A program made the translations under genes and the position numbers. The notes under the pieces are model-generated. The model saw only the letters and a program-made list of their open reading frames with translations, made no database searches and had not been told where the DNA came from. A DNA stretch of 64,000 nt from the NCBI GenBank assembly GCA_026392035.1, contig JAPLCX010000083.1, positions 4,597 to 68,596 of the forward strand. The letters run 5' to 3'. Source of the DNA: Candidatus Auribacterota bacterium. Lineage in GTDB: Bacteria; Auribacterota; Tritonobacteria; UBA1439. Shown here piece after piece: positions 59,637-64,000 of this stretch (positions are counted from its first letter, which is position 1; every line of letters begins with the position of its first letter).

Positions 59637-60735
59637 TCACTCTCCACTGTGTCTGAGGTACGCCTCGATAAACGGCTGGATCTCTCCATCCATGACCGCC
59701 TGCACATTGCCTGTTTCATGCCTGGTCCGGTGGTCCTTGACCATCTGGTAGGGCTGGAAGACGTAGGAGCGGATCTGGCTTCCCCAGGCAATTTCCTGTT
59801 TCTCCCCCCGCTCCTTTGCAAGTTCCTCCTCTTTGATCCGCCGGAAGTGCTCCGCCACGCGCGCGGTGAGCACGCGCATCGCGGTCACGCGGTTCTTGTA
59901 CTGCGAGCGCTCGTTCTGGCACTGCACGACGATCCCGGTCGGGAAGTGCGTGATGCGGACGGCGGAGTCCGTCTTGTTCACGTGCTGGCCGCCCGCCCCG
60001 TGGGCGCGGAAGGTGTCGATCCTCAGATCCTCGTCCTTGATCTCGATCTCCTGCTCTCCCTCCACCTCCGGCACCACGTCCGCCGATGCGAACGAGGTGT
60101 GCCGCCGCTTATTCGAGTCGAACGGGGAAATCCGCACGAGCCGGTGAACGCCGCGCTCCGCCTTAAGGTAGCCATAGGCGTAGGCTCCCCTGACGGACAG
60201 CGTGACGCTGCGGAATCCGGCCTCCTCGCCCGGGGTCATGTCGAGGACCTCCACCGCGCACCCGCGCTGCTCCGCCCACCGCCGGTACATCCGAAGCAAC
60301 ATCGCGACCCAGTCGCAGGACTCGGTGCCGCCGGCCCCCGCGTGGATCATCATGATCGCCCCCGCCTGGTCGTGCGGGTCAGCCAGCATCGACTTGAGCT
60401 CGAGCTCGCGGTACTCGCCTTCGACGCGCTCGAGGTCCTTCGCCAGTTCTGGGGCGGAGCTCTCGTCCCCCTCAGCCCTGATGAGTTCGAGGAATACGCC
60501 GATGTCCTCCGCTTCCTTGCTGATCTTCTCCCAGCACCCGACTGTCTCCTTGATCCTGCTGAGCGTTTCGGTGACGGTCCGTGCGCCGGCCTGGTCGCTC
60601 CAGAAACCCGACCTGCCTATCTTCTCCTCGAGGCCGGAAATCTCCTTCCGCTTGCCGGGGACGTCAAAGGTAGTCTCCGAGCTTCTGCAGGCCATCAATG
60701 AGCCGCATTTGCCGGTCGATCAGTTCGTCAAGCAT
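59637..60735 (-). CDS. prfB: peptide chain release factor 2, requiring programmed +1 frameshift
   Basis: Frame-0 MLDELIDRQMRLIDGLQKLGDYL* ends at CTT TGA C (60669-60663); the +1 frame continues DVPGKRKEISGLEE... with RF2 GGQ and SPF motifs. Confidence 0.9.
60660..60675 (-). promoter_or_regulatory. prfB: prfB autoregulatory +1 frameshift site (CTT TGA C preceded by internal SD-like GGAG)
   Basis: Minus strand reads ...CTCGGAGACTACCTTTGACGTC...; canonical RF2 recoding heptamer. Confidence 0.85.
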
Positions 60736-60749
60736 ATAACCCTCCGGAT

Positions 60750-60802
60750 AAATCCCAAATCCCAAACCTTAAATCCCAAATCCAAAATCCCAAATCCCAA
60801 TA
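60750..60802. repeat. TTTGGGA heptamer repeat element, copy C (seven tandem heptamers in the prfB 5' leader)
   Basis: Minus strand reads ATTGGGA TTTGGGA TTTTGGA TTTGGGA TTTAAGG TTTGGGA TTTGGGA, ending 15 nt before the prfB ATG. Confidence 0.75.
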
Positions 60803-60838
60803 TAGCAACTGCATCTCCAGGCGGCAATCGTCACATAA

Positions 60839-62320
60839 TCAGGAGCGCCTGAACAGCCTCCCGCAGAAGATGGTGAGTACTGCCGCCAGGCAGTAGATCG
60901 AAAAAACATTCCCCCACTTCGTATACAGCGTGGGTGTTCCCCCGATCCGGATGTTCTCCACCGCCGTTCCCTGGACGCAGAGCTCCCTTCCCAACGCATC
61001 CCGCAGAACATGATACACCCTTCCATGTCGATCGATGAAGCATGAGAGGCCGCTGTTGGTGGCCCGCACCATGGGAACCGCGTTTTCAACGCACCGGAAC
61101 ACCGCGTAGGCGGCGTGCTGGTATGGCTGGCTCGACCTGCCGAACCAGGCATCGTTCGTTATATTGACGAGGAACCGCGCCCCCCGCTGCACGGCCTCGC
61201 GCGCGAGATCGGGGAATATGTCCTCGAAACAGATGAGCGGGGCGAAGTCCACCTGAGAAATCGAGAAGACGGTCGCGGTCTTCCCCTGGCTGAAGCCCTC
61301 CTCGAAGGGGACGAGCTTTTTCAGGAACGGAAAAAACCGCTTGCACGGGATGATCTCGCCGAAGAGGACGAGGTGGATCTTGTCGTAGCGCGCGACCGGG
61401 CCCCCCTGTGCGTCAAGAAGGAAGGCGCTGTTGAAATAGTCAGTGCCGCGGTCCGTCGCAATCGCGTGCGTACTGCCGAAGAAGAGCGGCGTCCGCGTCT
61501 CCTGCTGGAGCGCGGCAAGCGAGTCCCTGAGAACCGGGTCATACATGTAGTAACCGGGCGCCGAGGTCTCCGGCCAGACAATGATGTCCGGTTTCTCGTT
61601 CATGACCGAGAGGGTGAGGTCATGGAAGCGTTGGATAATCTCCCGCTGGAAACCCTCCCCGAATTTTTCTTCCTGTGGCACATTCCCCTGGATGACGGCG
61701 ACCTTGACCAATTTCGCCTCCGGGGCGCCTATGACAAGGCTCACGGCGCCATACGCGGAGCACAACCCCACCACCAGGAATGTCGCGGCAGCCGGCGCCA
61801 CGCATCGCCGGCCGCGCCTGAGCGCACACTCGTATATCACCGCGTTCACGAGCACGACGATGAATGACACGCCATAGACCCCGGTCAAAGAGGCTATCTG
61901 TATGAGGTGCAGAAACCGGTACTGCGTCGCTCCCAGCACACCCCAGGGAAGCCCCGTTAAGGCGTACGTCCGAACGTATTCCAGGGCGGTCCAGAAGAGC
62001 GGGGCGAAGAGCCAGCCGGGTACTCTCCCTTCCCGGCGCACCCAGTTCATGCCGATCCCGAAAACCGGGAAGTAGAGGGCGAGATAGAGCGTGAGGACGA
62101 AAAAGCCAGCGACAGTCACGTTATTGAGCCAGTAGAAGAGGCTCCAGTAAAAGGCGACTCCCCCCGCGTACCCGATCCGGAGTGTCTCCTTCCATCCCCT
62201 GCCTTCGATGGCCGTGAAAAAAGGTATCAGGCAGATCCAGGCGAGGCAATTCCAGTCCGTGTTCGGGAAGGACACGGTCATCATCAGACCGGATAAAATC
62301 GACAGGAGGTATGGTTGCAT
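60839..62320 (-). CDS. lnt: apolipoprotein N-acyltransferase
   Basis: Eight-TM N-domain plus C-terminal nitrilase-like domain (VVWPETS..., CFEDIFP catalytic Cys region). Confidence 0.9.
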   Translation of the reverse strand: MQPYLLSILSGLMMTVSFPNTDWNCLAWICLIPFFTAIEGRGWKETLRIGYAGGVAFYWSLFYWLNNVTVAGFFVLTLYLALYFPVFGIGMNWVRREGRVPGWLFAPLFWTALEYVRTYALTGLPWGVLGATQYRFLHLIQIASLTGVYGVSFIVVLVNAVIYECALRRGRRCVAPAAATFLVVGLCSAYGAVSLVIGAPEAKLVKVAVIQGNVPQEEKFGEGFQREIIQRFHDLTLSVMNEKPDIIVWPETSAPGYYMYDPVLRDSLAALQQETRTPLFFGSTHAIATDRGTDYFNSAFLLDAQGGPVARYDKIHLVLFGEIIPCKRFFPFLKKLVPFEEGFSQGKTATVFSISQVDFAPLICFEDIFPDLAREAVQRGARFLVNITNDAWFGRSSQPYQHAAYAVFRCVENAVPMVRATNSGLSCFIDRHGRVYHVLRDALGRELCVQGTAVENIRIGGTPTLYTKWGNVFSIYCLAAVLTIFCGRLFRRS

Positions 62321-62324
62321 AAAA

Positions 62325-62430
62325 GTTCAAACGGTTTAAACCCCTGCACTCAGGTTCAAACCGTTCAAATTGTTGAAATTGTTAAAGTCGTTCACCGTAT
62401 CGAATCAAACGGCTCCAACGACTTAAACGA
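62325..62430. repeat. degenerate 9-bp tandem repeat TT(C/A)AA(A/C)N(C/T)G, about 8 copies, in the secA–lnt intergenic region
   Basis: ttcaaacgg tttaaaccc ... ttcaaaccg ttcaaattg ttgaaattg ttaaagtcg ttcaccg ... tcaaacggc ... ttaaacgat. Confidence 0.5.
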
Positions 62431-64000
62431 TTACGATTGCCCGCAGCACTTCTTGTACTTCCTGCCGCTGCCGCAGGGGCATGGCTCGTTGGGACCCACC
62501 TTCTTGTCCTTCCTCACAAATGGTTTTTTCACGGGCTGCTCTCCCTCGTCGCCCCCGCCCGCTGAATATGCGAGCTCACCCCGCGCCCCCACTCCCGCGA
62601 GGGCCGGTTCTTCCTCCTCGGCCATGTGGAAGGCGCTCACTTCCCTGTGCACGTACTGCTGCGCCGATGGCTCCTGGGCAATCTTCCGCATCGCCTCGGG
62701 AGAAAAGGTGATCCGGAAGATGCCGCTCACGATCTCTCCTTTCACGCTCCCCATCATCTCGGCGAACATATCAAAGCCTTCCCTCTTGTACTCCACCAGC
62801 GGGTCCTTCTGACCATATGCCCTGAGGAAGATGCCCTCGCGCAGCGCATCCATGTTGTAGAGGTGCTCTTTCCAGAGCCGGTCCACCACGCTGAGCATGA
62901 GGAGGCGCGTGAGCCGCTGCATCGCTGACTCCGCTCCCTCGCCGGCCTGGCCCATCTGCCGCGACGCCTCATCTTCGAACCGCCCCTTCCGTTCGTAGGC
63001 GGAAGAGAGCGCGGACACTATCGCCGCCCTGACCTCCTCAGGGCCGAACCCTTCCTTTTCGAGGTCCGCCGGTTTGAGAAACACGGGGAACGTAAGATTG
63101 AGCCAGCGGAGGAAACCGTCCAGGTCCCACTCATCCCGGTGAGCCCCCTCGGGAATATAGAGGGGGAGCTTTTCATCAACGGCCTCCGTGATCAGCTCCA
63201 TCACCATGCCCGTGGGGTCATCGGTCCTGAGAATCTCTTCCCGAAACTCGTAGATGACCTCCCGCTGCTTGTTCATCACGTCATCGTACTCGAGCGTGTG
63301 CTTCCGGACGGCGAAGTTGCGCTGCTCGACACGCTTCTGCGCGGTCTCAATAGACTTGGTGAGCAGCGGGTGGACGAGCTCTTCGCCCTCTTTCATCCCG
63401 ATCCTGTCCATGACCCTCGCAATACGGTCTGAACCGAACAGCCGCATGAGGTCGTCCTCGAGCGAGAGATAGAAACGCGACGAGCCCGGATCCCCCTGGC
63501 GCGCGCTCCGCCCGCGGAGCTGACGGTCTATACGCCGCGCCTCATGGCGCTCCGTGCCGATGATGTGCAGGCCGCAGGGCGGGTCGTCCCCGCACTCGAA
63601 CATCCGCACCGTCTTGCCATCCGGCGGCTGGGCCGCGCGCCTGCATTCTTTTTCTCTCGCGCACTTCATGCAGCACCAGCGCGCACCCTCCACGATGCAC
63701 TCAGGATTGACGACCCCCTCGCCGAGCTTGATATCGGTGCCGCGCCCGGCCATGTTCGTGGCGATGGTGACCGCGCCCTTCTGTCCCGTCCCGGCGATGA
63801 TCTCCGCCTCCTGCTGGTGGTGGCGCGCGTTGAGGACGGAGTGCGTGATCCCGCGCCGCTGGAGGAGCCGACTGAGCACTTCCGACTGCTCAACGCTTAT
63901 GGTCCCGACCAGCACCGGTCTCCCCTTCTTGTTCAACGCTTCGATCTCGTCAACGACCGCGTTGTATTTCTCGCGGCGGGTCTTGTAGATCACGTCGTGG
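62431..64000 (-). CDS. secA: preprotein translocase SecA (3' portion; gene continues beyond window end)
   Basis: C-terminal zinc-binding tail KKVGPNEPCPCGSGRKYKKCCGQS and upstream SecA helical scaffold and wing domains. Confidence 0.9.
   Translation of the reverse strand, partial: HDVIYKTRREKYNAVVDEIEALNKKGRPVLVGTISVEQSEVLSRLLQRRGITHSVLNARHHQQEAEIIAGTGQKGAVTIATNMAGRGTDIKLGEGVVNPECIVEGARWCCMKCAREKECRRAAQPPDGKTVRMFECGDDPPCGLHIIGTERHEARRIDRQLRGRSARQGDPGSSRFYLSLEDDLMRLFGSDRIARVMDRIGMKEGEELVHPLLTKSIETAQKRVEQRNFAVRKHTLEYDDVMNKQREVIYEFREEILRTDDPTGMVMELITEAVDEKLPLYIPEGAHRDEWDLDGFLRWLNLTFPVFLKPADLEKEGFGPEEVRAAIVSALSSAYERKGRFEDEASRQMGQAGEGAESAMQRLTRLLMLSVVDRLWKEHLYNMDALREGIFLRAYGQKDPLVEYKREGFDMFAEMMGSVKGEIVSGIFRITFSPEAMRKIAQEPSAQQYVHREVSAFHMAEEEEPALAGVGARGELAYSAGGGDEGEQPVKKPFVRKDKKVGPNEPCPCGSGRKYKKCCGQS

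Noticed and set aside
59601-60701. 366-aa plus-strand ORF
   Set aside because: Antisense to prfB.
61115-61867. 250-aa plus-strand ORF
   Set aside because: Antisense to lnt.

Overview
High-GC bacterial chromosomal segment, almost entirely minus-strand coding, dominated by cell-envelope glycan biosynthesis. From left to right: a thiamine block (thiC, thiE; thiD further right at 26.9 kb); ADP-heptose genes (gmhA, an HldC-like adenylyltransferase) next to pfkA; the aroQ–peptidase–accB–accC operon; and a polysaccharide locus (Wzy_C ligase–TPR fusion, WecA-like transferase, MurJ-like flippase, GT4 enzymes, AsnB amidotransferase, methyltransferases, dTDP-rhamnose genes rfbCABD). A 22-kb block at 32.8–55.1 kb then encodes ten polytopic GT-C-like membrane proteins (ArnT/PMT-like, YfhO-like, DUF2029-like) plus a GT2 polyprenyl-phosphate-sugar synthase, two methyltransferases and an SGNH hydrolase. 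That block is the most likely candidate for an undescribed multi-enzyme glycosylation system. Housekeeping genes close the window: lolD, a lolC/E-like permease, lysS, a TIGR04073-like gene, prfB with its programmed +1 frameshift, lnt and the 3' part of secA. Beyond the genes there are several non-coding signals. Symmetric arrays of ATC(C/T)G(C/T)G half-sites phased at 10 bp lie upstream of at least four envelope-related operons. A TTTGGGA heptamer repeat occurs at three loci: the thiC C-terminal tail, an in-frame 20-codon insertion in the ligase-TPR gene, and a G-tract-rich prfB leader. CACGGAG repeat/palindrome elements sit in three intergenic regions. A perfect 25-bp inverted repeat spans the rfbD–radC junction. 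An AT-rich RAYT-like Y1 transposase is bounded by perfect 21-bp inverted repeats between two divergent GT39 genes. Additional AT-rich, probably acquired islands lie at 18.7–20.7 kb and 39.9–41.6 kb. No rRNA, tRNA or CRISPR array was recognised.
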